Part shown: in pieces, positions 39,640 to 51,300 of the stretch
Layout of the letters: every line of letters starts with the position of its first letter
How positions within the stretch are numbered: the stretch's first letter is position 1
Assembly: GCA_028023455.1 (NCBI GenBank)
Contig: JAQFVV010000004.1
Span: 18,600,001-18,664,000 of the forward strand
Length of the DNA: 64,000 nucleotides
DNA from: Epiperipatus broadwayi
Taxonomy: Eukaryota > Animalia > Onychophora
Direction of reading: 5' to 3'
Position numbers and translations under genes: made by a program
The notes under the pieces: model-generated
The model's database searches: none
The model's input: only the letters and a program-made list of their open reading frames with translations
What the model was told of the DNA's origin: nothing

Positions 39640-39900
39640 CACACAAAGTCAAAATGTAACAATTTATTATTAATAAATATTAATACATAGAGACAAACAA
39701 CTGTGAAAGAAAAATAAAAGAGGCGTATTTTATCAACAGCAATAAACAGACGCGACATCTGCTTTGATATTTCCAAAAAATGGACAACCTGAATCATTTG
39801 CATTTAATTTGCATAGCTTATATCTAAGACAATCTATTTCGCAGTTTCCAATATGGCTATGATTATGAGGCAGAGAACCTCGAAAGTACTAAGCCATAAC
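39640..39900 (+). mobile_element. Second Penelope-like element 3' remnant (GIY-YIG tail plus HHR)
   Basis: CERKIKEAYFINSNK at 39702-39746, followed 148 nt after KIKEA by a hammerhead core. Confidence 0.65.
39852..39898 (+). ncRNA. Minimal type I hammerhead with A3:U8 variant core
   Basis: TATGGCT ATGATTA T GAGG-CAGAGAA-CCTC GAAA GTAC TA AGCCATA: 7-bp helix I, 4-bp helix II, palindromic helix III (AGTACT). Confidence 0.7.
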
Positions 39901-39993
39901 TAAATTATTGATTATTTTCGTTTTATAACGTCTGCCCTTTGTAAATTATTACTAATACATATAATAAATATATATAAGACATAGTGATCTGGG

Positions 39994-40034
39994 CCAACTG
40001 ATGAGTGTTGGTTCAAAACAAAATGCATCTTGGG
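39994..40034 (+). ncRNA. Degenerate hammerhead related to the 29-kb family
   Basis: CCAA CTGATGA GTGTT-GGTTC-AAAAC AAAA TGCA TC TTGG; G12 replaced by A, so probably inactive. Confidence 0.5.
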
Positions 40035-42666
40035 GTTCAAATAATGTCTCTATCTATCTTATATGTTTTCAAAAGAATGTCTGTTGATGTGGAGATTAGG
40101 TAATCTATATCTTCTATATAATATATATAATAAGCTTGTTTATTTGGACTTTTACAATTCAACAAAAGTTGCACCAATCCAGCAATTTATTTATTTATTT
40201 TTTTGTTTTACATAGAATTTTACTAGCATATAAATTTTTGCTTCAATTGTTCTAAATTTTTTTGTAAATTTGCAATATAAAAGTGCATGGAAAATCTATA
40301 TTGCAATTGTTTTCAAACTATACTATAAATATCCCAATAAGGATAGCACTGATTAGCAGATTACGGAGTTGGAAAAAATTTTAAATGAAAAGTATAGTTT
40401 TGGTAAAACAAGATAAAATTTTTGTAAATATATTTTATCACATATTTAAATTTCTCATTTTAATAAAATTTGGATCAGTTATAATAATGAATTTGATAAA
40501 CTTTTAGGATTTTAATTTAAATATACATTTATTATGTGTTAAAGTAAAATTTAAAATGCCATGAGTACAACAAGAGAATTACTATTGATTTTGATTAACT
40601 TCTACCTTTTCCCTTTAAGTATATTCTCATATGATAAAGTAAGTTTCAAATACATTTAATTAATAAGTGAAAAATTAAATTTTATAATGGTGTGGGTATC
40701 TGCCTGATTTTAAAAAGCTATTAACTTCCCCTTAATTAACTAAAATACTCATTTATAAATGATAATAAAAAGATAAGCTAAATATAATAAATAAAATAAA
40801 AAGTTAACTTTTCTATGGTATTGAAAACATATTTTTTTCTCTATCCTTTATTTATCTACTATCTACCTATTCTTTATATATACACATAGGCTATGGATTT
40901 TTGATTTATGGGATTTAGTCATTTTAAGCAATAAACTAATAAAAATAAATGTCTTGCATTAGTTATATTTGAAAAAATATCGACTCATAATAATTAAAAA
41001 AAGGCTGACTTTTTTTATAATGCTTTATAAATTATTTTAAACAATATTAAAAATTAACAAATACAATAAATGATTTACTTTTGAAAATAATAGTGTGCAT
41101 AATAATTTACAATTTTTTATTAAGTGCTTTATAAAAGTATAATACTATTAAAATATTACACTATTAAAAATTATTCAATATAATATTTTAAAGAATCTTT
41201 AAAATATATTTGAATTATCCTTTATATAAACAATATTTGCTAATATCTTACAATTTTTGTAGTGAATAGCTAAAATGTCCTTATACAAAACATTCAAAGA
41301 TTCGAGATGGCACGTCAGGCAGCTTGGAGAGAGTTCCAGCCAATTTTTTATTTTGGATACACATTTCAATTACTGCCATTGTCAATAATAATATTTGTTA
41401 ATGAAGTTTATTAATCAAACCATACACAAGCATGAAAATGAATAAATTGTTAGCACTTATATTGATGCATAAATGAAAACAAAATATCAAAAATATTTTT
41501 ACAGTATTTTAGCCAAGAACAGACATAAACAGGTATCTCTGGAAATTAAATCAATCTTATCTCCCCTGCTCATATGTCAACACAATATTTATTAGTTAAA
41601 TTAGAAATGCATGCTTCTATTCAAGAATATTGAAAAACACATAAATACATATGTATTACATATACAATGCCAAGAACAGTATCTCTTCAAGATTAATTAC
41701 CATATATAAATGAATATTATATGCAATTTTTCAAATTAAAAATGCATGATTCTGATCAATAGAATAAAATTTAATAATATTAAAACTTAAAAAAAAAATG
41801 CATATTTACAATATATTACAACTATTATTTATAATTAATCAACTTCGTTATATTATGTTTTGACATGTCTTGGATATTTTGTATATATAAGACTGTACGC
41901 TTAATAATTAATAATACTAATTAGTTTATTACATCAGAAAAATATTTAAGCTAAAAAAACTTAAAGTTGATTATTCAGCAGTATAACTGATCATAAAAAG
42001 TTAAATTTTTTGCGATATTGTATTATTATTTCATTTAAATTAGAAGTTGCAGAAACAGTTACACATTTATTTATTTATTTATTTATTTATTTTTTTTTAA
42101 AAAAGTAATAATTTTTTGTTTATTTGTAATCAAGTCATGAAAAAACAATGGGGGAAAAAAAGGCTCTTAGAAGAGATGACATAACTACTTCAGTTATATC
42201 AACATTTAAAATTTTCTATATATTATTTTATTACAAAAAGATAGTTATATAAAACAATTTAAAAAATACAGAAAAACAGGCAAGATATGATAAGTTAATA
42301 TAATTGTGCGAGAATCAAAAAGTCAAAATAAACTATCAATAATATTAGACATTAATAAAAAATATTTTTATTGGTTATTAATGATTTTCAGAAGACAATA
42401 GAACAGGAAATCACTAAATCTGTAATAATATAAAAGGGTTAAATTCAACAATAATAAAACTCAAACTGAATTTTATATTTTTTATTGTATCCAGATTATT
42501 CACCATTTGTTTGTAATACTCCAAAATGAATATTAGTAAGCCACTGTTCAAATAACAAATCACAAAATAAAAAATTATGACTCAAACTAATATTATTATG
42601 TCAGTGATATATATGAATTTATATCAAATTTTTGAATTGTTAAAAATGTATTACTCTTAATCTTAC

Positions 42667-42964
42667 CTTCATAATCATTGGATATTTCAAAGTTGGCTTG
42701 ATCAATAACTTTTACATCTGCTCCAACAAATACATTTTGTACATCAATTTCTATTAGTTTATGTTGGTTAATCATTCCTAAAGTTTCGTTAAACCGACGA
42801 CCATCACCACCATCTAAGGTCATAACGGCTTCATTTCCATAACGTTCTATCCTGACAACATGCCAGCGACCATCATTTACCATTATCTCACTCAACATAA
42901 GAACTTGTTCTTTGGCTTTTCTACCATTCAAATCAAATCGAAAAATAAGGGTCCTGTTTTTGAT
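42667..42964 (-). CDS. CadN: Neural-cadherin-like exon: LamG2 core (IKNRTLIFRFDLN...VNDGRWHVVRIERYGNEAVMTLDGGDGRRFNET...ISNDYE)
   Basis: Acceptor tttttag|ATC, donor G|gtaaga; 298 nt; VNDGxWH LamG motif. Confidence 0.95.
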
Positions 42965-45900
42965 CTAAAAATTTTAGAAAATATTATTTAAATTTTAAAT
43001 TTCAATAAGTTTAGTGAAAAATGATTATAATTTAAGTTATTGTATTTATGTTTGTATAAGTTCTAGATTCCTGTTTATTTTTTGACCATTATTATATAAA
43101 ATTTAAAGCTATTAAACATCAATACATATATACTGTAATATTGTGGGCACTAATTATGACAATATTACAAGCTCTCTAAGTTTAAATTTAAATTCAATTA
43201 ATAAGGAAATAGCACTTAATTTCCTATATATTTTTTTATTACAATAAGGGATATTTAATTGAATTAAACGTTTTTTTTTCTTTTCATTCCATACCATTAC
43301 AACTGGAAAATTATAACTGCAAAGAAGAATCCAAATAAAAATAAAATCAAGGTTTTTTTCGATATGTGCCCATTGTATTTCCATTTACAGATAAAAAGGA
43401 TTTTTTTTAAAGTAATAATTTTACAATTTAAACTTGTAAAATTTATAAAATATTACATAATTTAATATTGTCTAATATTGGCACAAAATAAATGTTAATA
43501 TTTCAGAAATGCTAATAAAAATATTAAAATAAGAAATGGATGTAGTAAAGTGAATGATTTATATATTCACGCTCTCATTTCTAGATACTTAATTATTGAC
43601 TCATAAATTCCCATTTGAGTTTGGAAATAAGACTGTCTTCTCTTATTTCCTTAAAAATTTTAGCTTGTGGCTGGGGCGAGAGTATCCTTGCAATTTTAAG
43701 ATCTTGTTTAATGGTGCTGGTGTGGAGGTTTGATTACCTTCTATATAATTAAAGCAAGAATTAATAATTTTGAATAATTTCAGTAACTTAATATTTTTTG
43801 TAAATATAAAATTTTATTTTGATGTTTTTCTTTTCATTCATTTAATTTTCCCTCCAAAATTGAACAATGGGTTAGTTAAGCTAATTTAAAAGATTGTTAT
43901 CTATAATTTTAAAAATGTTTTCCAACTTTTGGTTATACCATTTCACTTATGTGCCCGTATAATGCGGGCTTGTATTTTCAAATTAGCAATTCTCAGCTTC
44001 AACTTATAATAACATAAAAACCCTCCATACTATGCATGCACTCTTTGCATCATTCAATTCACTGTCCATTTTCCTTTCAGACAATGTAATTTTCATTTCT
44101 CTATGATAAAAAAATAAAGATTTTATAATGATTTTTCCAAACACTACTTTTTTTTTTTTTTCATTTTTGTTATTCTTACGGTTTAATGTTAACTGAAAAC
44201 TTTAAAATGAAGAATAATAGTTATTCAACTGATTCAAGCATTGATCATGATTTCTCCTTGTGGGGCTGACAAACTAAGTTACTCTCATAATTTTTGCTAA
44301 TGGTTTCTTAAAAATAATAATTATAATGTCTTTAAAAAAAAATTAACAAGCTATTTTTGCTCCTAAATATAGAGATTATCTTTATTGCACAATCTTCTTT
44401 CCTGATTGAATTATTTACAATTGAATGTTATTACAAGATTTTCAATCACTCATAAGCATTGTTATCTGATTTTAAAAATGATGTTTTTCCAACTTTTGGT
44501 TGTTTAAAGAAATAACTTAACGAATTAAAAGTTAATTAATTTAATGAATAGAAATCAACTTATTAATATAATTTTTTATGAAACTATATACATATTTTTG
44601 ATAAAATGAATATTTAAAATTTCATATCATGTCATTTTTTTGGTTTATTGTTAATCAGTTATTAAATAATTGTTTAAAAATCCTTTCTTAAGAGTTAATA
44701 TCTTTATTCCTCTAGCTATCAGTTACATAAATTGGCAACATGTGTGACTTGAATTAGTTTAGGGATTTTTAAAATTATTCCAGTAAAGTAGGTTAAACCT
44801 ATGAATTATTCAAAATGATTTAGAATAAGCTATTTTATTTATTTATCTCTTGCTTCCTGAGCTAGATTAAATCATAATATTTAGTTATAAAGATATCGGG
44901 ATTGTTTTGGTATTTTGAACATCCAGATGATTAATCCTGGATTGCACAATGGTATCACCATGCATTTTATTTTATTTTTTTAATTAGAAATTAAGGTTTA
45001 TAGTTGGCCAGTGCATTAAATGTACTATATGGCCAGAGCATTGATGATGATTAGCATGTTTCAGTATCTCAGCATTATTTTTTTAATGTTATATTCTGAA
45101 GCATTAGTACTTAAGCCTGTGCATCCAAATTATTGTATATATAATCTACCCTAAGTTTGGCAATGGCTAGATAAATAGCCTGTTTATAGTGGACCCCTTT
45201 CAAATCCAGCTATAAGGCTGACTGCTGATTTTATGACATTGACTGTTATTGATTGTTCATGATGATAAATGATTTGATTACTTTTGCTTAATGCGAGGTG
45301 AACTTATTATTGTTTTTCTCATGCTGATGCTTATTCCTTTTATTCAGATTTAATTTGATTAGTTATTTTACAGGAATAATGATGGTTTTCCATCTCCCCA
45401 TATCACCCCTTCTCATTTCATACCGTTAAAATGTATATAATATCGATCTTAATAATGTACAATAAAACAAAACATTAAATTAATTTTACAAAATTTTTAA
45501 ATATAAATAAATAATTAACAACTATAGCTAGTTTACAGCACAACTATCACCTTAGGCAGCATTTATTATATAATTAGTATATCAATTAATTCTAGTATAT
45601 TTTTATTATTATATATATATATATATAAAGTTTGAATTCTTACTTTAAATCTCAGCATTTGTCAGAAAACAAACATTACCAGATCATGGTTTCTAGGAGT
45701 ATACAATCATTTTATTCTTAGGGATTTTATAATAAAGTGGATGTGTTTATATTATTAGTTTGCGGAAACTGATGTTTATTATTATTTAAGTAATTATTGT
45801 TACAAAAATAATGATAAAAGTATTTTTATATGTTTAAAATATTTATTTATTTTAGTTTAACCTTCAATGCAAGAAATTTTCATATCTTAATTTCATAATT

Positions 45901-46229
45901 TTTTTTAATTAAAAAGATGTCTGTATCAGTACTTTCCTAGGTATGCTTGCATTTTACAAAAATCAAATTAGATTGAATTTTGTCGCATAGCAAAAGTTTT
46001 ATGCCACTTTTTTTGTGGTTTAGAGATATCTCATACTAGATGCAGTGTAAATGCAAATGTAAGTAATTTTATGTCTCCAATTTTTTGCAATCTATGGCTA
46101 TTTTTTTTTTACTACTTTTTTAAAACAAATATTGTAATAATTTTTTACAATAAAAAAAATCAGATTTACTTCATTATAATAACAGAGTAATTTTACTAAA
46201 AGAAATCAATCTTCTTACTTTTTCTTACA

Positions 46230-46610
46230 AATATTATAATACTTATTATAAATAATGCTTACAATAATAAAAGTCAAGTAGTTATTAAAAAATAGATCAT
46301 TCTTTTTCTTTAAAAAAAGCAATCAACTGATTCCAGTTGGAATTTATTCTAAACAAAAGTAATTTAATTTCTCAATTTTTTGTGATTTTATGGTTATACC
46401 TTTTTAAATTTTTTTATATAAATGTGATAATACTTATTGTAAATAATGTTTACAATAATAAAAAATCAAATGTATTTATTATAAAAATAGATTGTTCTTT
46501 TCCTTAAAAAAAAAAAAAAAAAAGCAATCAACCAAGTCCAGTTCTATTCTAAACAAATCATTTTATTTCTCAATTTTTTGCAATTTAATGATTATAATTG
46601 TTTTAATTTT
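46230..46610. repeat. Diverged tandem duplication, period about 190 bp
   Basis: aatacttatt(a/g)taaataatg...aagcaatcaac...attctaaacaaa...tttctcaattttttg occurs twice. Confidence 0.7.
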
Positions 46611-47307
46611 TTAAATGAGTACCATATCAAATACTGGTTATAACATTGTAGTCTTATGGGTTAAGTTTTTATTTTAAAATAATAAATAAAAAAAAACAAA
46701 TTTAGAATACCTGCATCTGAATTTGATTTCCAGATTTATAAAATAAAAATTACCAAAAAAATAAAATTACGATTGATAAGTTGTACTTTTTCCATCAGTA
46801 GGTTCTCTATAAAAAATTCACATTTAGCAAAATAAGCAGATATAATTTATAGATTCTAAATATACTTTTTCAATAAATATTCTAAACAAACCATTATTAA
46901 TTACACACTTTAAAGACAGATAACAAATAGAATTTTCTTGTTTTTATAAATATTAAAATCCTGATGGAATTGATATTTCAGAGCTTCCATGATCTTAGAA
47001 GAATTTTGATAGCAGTTTAAATGTATCAGAATAATAAAATTTAGTCATCTTTTGAAAATCAAATTTGCATTGTCTGGGAGAAAATGTGAAAATAAACAAA
47101 GACAATATTTTTATAAAAAAAAACACTCTAGAACTATTTCAAATTATACAATTAAAAACCAAAACAATACACTTAATTTTTGAAACCAAATTACATGAAT
47201 AAATTACAAAAGAAATTTAATAACAACTATGCATAAATTTTACAAGTATAAAAAATATATACTATAGAAATGATACCTATAACAATATTTTTTCCTCATG
47301 TGTCATA

Positions 47308-47387
47308 GCATTAGCCGGGAAGCGAACCCGCTAACCCGGGACAACTACTTGTAAAGCAGCTGTCGCTGACCTCTCGGCCACCAATGC
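47308..47387 (-). pseudogene. tRNA-like sequence (tRNA pseudogene or SINE head): Gly-type acceptor/T arms, TAC anticodon loop, 8-nt insertion
   Basis: GCATTGG...CTAATGC 7-bp acceptor stem; A-box TGGCCGAGAGG; B-box GGTTCGCTTCC; anticodon arm GCTGC-TTTACAA-GTAGT; duplicated (A/C)GCGGGTT in the T arm. Confidence 0.65.
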
Positions 47388-47939
47388 TTGACTATACACA
47401 ATATTTTCTCATTATATACTTCCAAAGAGCAGTTCTCTCCATACTACTATAAAGCTTCTGATTATTCAAACTGCCTCTTAAGTAATGCAATGAGAACTAT
47501 TATGAAATAACAAAAAAAGATTAAAAATGAAATAAAAATAATTTCAGAAAAGATCTTTAAAATGTGAGCTTCAATAAATAAACTCATTTTAATTCAGATT
47601 CAAACTATGTCTTCAAATTTTTGATAAAGAAATATTCAGACTATACAATTTAAGATATCATTAATACATAGTATATTCCAAAAACATTGTGCTCTTCATC
47701 TATCCATTTTTTCCCATAATTTTACATGCCAGTTTATCTTTGACTGTAATGCATACTTGAATAAATATGAAATTAGCATATGATTATTAACAGCAAAGTT
47801 TGAAATCAGATGACTTTAAAATAACATTTGATAAGATAGTTAGTTAATTGACTTTGAATAGCTAAATTATTGCTTTTGTTTTTTATATAGTAATTTAATT
47901 TTTTAAAAATTATACAATAAAAATATTAATAATAATTAC

Positions 47940-48106
47940 CTCAAGAATACTGTACTCTCCCCCTCCTAAACTAGCAGCACTAAATAGGAGACCATGATTT
48001 TGCCTTGTACGAAACCTAACCTGAATGACATTTGAATACAAGTTGGGTTTAAAGAGCAAGTGATATCTGATGAAACTGTCCCTTTCAAAAGACTTTTCTT
48101 TGGCTT
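47940..48106 (-). CDS. CadN: Neural-cadherin-like exon: LamG2 N-part (EAKEKSFERDSFIRY...QVRFRTRQNHGLLF...EYSILE)
   Basis: Acceptor tttttgtag|AA, donor GAG|gtaatt; 167 nt; follows a 78-bp intron; phase matches. Confidence 0.94.
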
Positions 48107-48184
48107 CTACAAAAAATATTTCACAGTAAATAACATTGGCTCCACAATACATATATATATATATTCACCAAAAAAAGGCTTTAC

Positions 48185-48365
48185 CTTTATCGCAGCGATC
48201 CCCATAATAACCTGGATAACATAAGCAACGCCAATTAAAAAATGTTCCCAGGCATATACCATTTTTACACTGTGGATCTACAGTATTAGTTCCACAGTTT
48301 AATTCAGTTGGGGGACAGCCTGAAACACTGTTGACCGCCAGACCAACATAGTCCATATCATACAT
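48185..48365 (-). CDS. CadN: Neural-cadherin-like exon: EGF between the LamG domains (MYDMDYVGLAVNSVSGCPPTELNC...CLCYPGYYGDRCDK)
   Basis: Acceptor (T)n ag|ATG, donor G|gtaaag; 181 nt; EGF cysteine spacing. Confidence 0.95.
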
Positions 48366-51300
48366 CTAAAAAAAAAAAAAAACTTTAAGATGTAAAAGAT
48401 AACATATTAAATAATTCGTTTTCAATAGTACGTGCATCAATTTACCAAGGTGTGCGAATACAAGTGCTTTTTTTTTTTAAAAAAAAATAAAATATTGAGT
48501 GTTCCAAAAAAGTAATGTAGTTTTATTCTTTTTTTTTTTTTTTTTAAAAAGGTGGGTTTTTTTTTTTTTTTAGCTAAATTATTGCAGAATGTTTTTATTA
48601 TTATATCTGATATGAAAGTTTGTACAACCTTAATCTCAAACTATTTATCAACATTTAATTTTTTTAATAAAATTAGAACGTTCCAAAATAAAAAAGATAA
48701 TAGCTTACAACCAGTTCAAAACTGAAAAAAAAAAAACAGTCAATTTATTTTTAAAAATAATATAATTAAAGATAAAATATAATAACTAATACAAATGACT
48801 TTTTAAATATGATTAAAGTTTTGATCAAAATATTTTACAAATTTAAGTTTATGATGCTGATCAGTTGCTATAAACAAAAACAGTACAACCATTTTGTATA
48901 ATTTGAAAAAAATCATTTTTAGTAAATATTAGTCTCTATTAAATATATATTGTGATCAACAAAATTCTGCTCAGATTTTTTCAAATGCAAAATATTGTAT
49001 CATACATAATTTTTATCAGAATTATCAGTTCTTAAATTAATCAAAGGACATGGGGTAAGAACATTTTGACAATTATGTTCTGTTAAGATTATGTTTATTT
49101 ACTAAGTATTTCAATGATCATCACCAAAGTCTTTTGATTATTGACTATAAAAAAAAAAATTTTGGCATTTATATTTATCTATCTCAAATATCTTTTATTT
49201 TATATTTAATGTCTTTAAATATTTGATTTCCTTTATATAGTTATCTGGTTAAAGATTAAAAGAATTTATATCCAATCTAATTCACATTTAGATACATTTG
49301 CTTCATTTTATGCAGAAATGTGATTTGTTTTCTGCAGAGTCATCAGTTTACAATATCCAAAAAATGGAAATGATGACATGTAAATAATTCTCCGAAAATC
49401 ACTTCTTTTTTTTTTTGTGAATCATTTGTGATCAGTCCTAAATAACTTAAATGAAAGCATTCAAGAAAATAAATTAATTCCAAATTTCCATGAATTAGAA
49501 GGAATCTGAGCAGTGTAACATTCCTTCTTTCCTTTCAATATTCATTAAAAACCATCCTTTGTGACTTAATATCTGGAGTAACTGTATTTTACAATTTTAA
49601 TGTTAAATGGTCATTCCAAATATATAAAACAAATATTAATGATCACATGAATAAATTACATAAAAATATTTATTAAAATGAGGTTTACTTAAATGGATAT
49701 ATTGACCTTTTACTACTACCATTAAGTTTCAAATGAAATGGTGTCATAACAGATGTGTTACTAATAGAAAATATATGCATTAAAGTTTTTAGTTTTCTAT
49801 GATTTCATCTAATATATTGTATTTCATTGGTATGAGTAATCAATTGTCTCAGAGAGATAATATTAAAAAACAAATTTTCTTTCATTAATAGAGTTTTATA
49901 TCTACTGTTTTTATCTGAAAATGATTTTTCCCCTCATTTTGCTTTTTAGAAAATAAATGTCGATAAAAAAAAATATTTTTTGAAGAAATTTTTTAAGTGG
50001 ATTCTTTCAATTCATTATCTTACCAAGTATAGAAGCAGTGAACCTGAAAATTAAATAATTAACTCTTGGAAACTAGCCTTAATAAATAAAATCTAGTATT
50101 CTTCAAATACTGAACTTCTCTTACAAAAATTGTACTATGAGTGTTGCAGCTTAGATTTCGAGTTATACAATCTGGTATTATAAACATTTCTATATAAGAT
50201 CTTAACTTAGTGAACATATTTCTCATGCATATAGATTTAAACTTATCAAATAAAAGTTGTCATAGCTATTAATCTTACCAAATTCTCAAAAAAATTAAAG
50301 GTATCCAAAAATTAAATAATAAAAACTTTAAATTACTTAAAAATAAGGATGAAGCTATTGACATTGGAGTACTGATCTTCCAATTTATCTATAAAACTGA
50401 ATGGTTAATTAAATTAAGCAAATCAACTGCATGTGCCCAACCAATTTTATCTAGACTGAAAATCTCAGTATAAAAAATTGTGACTTATCAATTCTAATAG
50501 TAAATAGATTTGCCATTCTTATCCAAAATACATATACAAACTCAGTAAGAAATTATGTACTTTGTAACTTTATAGCATAACCGATTGTGATTCAGGTTTT
50601 GCTATTAACAGACTCCAAAAAATTTCTAGAAGAATCTCTAATGCTAATATTAAGCTCTTAAATTTTTCTAATAGTTCATGATTCCTACTCAGGAAAGAAA
50701 ATCAATACAATAAATTTTTCATCAACCATTGCTAAGATTAAAGTAATTTCAAAGAAAAAAAAACAAACAAATCATCTTGAAAACCTGATCATCTCTCTTA
50801 AGTTTTGGCTGATTCTTGAAAAAAATAACATTATCTTTAATGCCAATTCCGCTTACTATTTATCACATTTATAACTTTTTTTGTAATAGCAAAAATTAGT
50901 TTTTAGATTTTGATAAATTTTTCAACAAACAATGATCATACAGTTATAGCTTCCTTTCTCTTTCAATAAAATTTTTAACTGATTATGATTTTAAATACTG
51001 TATATTAAATTTGATTAAAACGACTTTTAAAGCCAAATTCAACCATGGCTTTCTCTTTACACTGCCAATAATAAACTTCACTAACGATCTTATAAAAATT
51101 AACAGGATCTTTCTTAAAAAATATTATCCACTAGTGCATGTATTTCTTTTTTTTTTTTAACTTATTATGCATGTTATCCTGTTTATTAATACAATAAAAC
51201 ATATAGCTTAATTTTTGTTCGTATCATTCACATCATCATCATCATCAACAGTAATTATGTGGATTCCATAGCACTTTTTATTTCAAACCACTTGTATAAG

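Noticed and set aside
43953-43969. GCCCG-TATAATG-CGGGC hairpin as a Helitron 3' end
   Set aside because: No CTRR at the expected distance and no matching 5' TC end identified.
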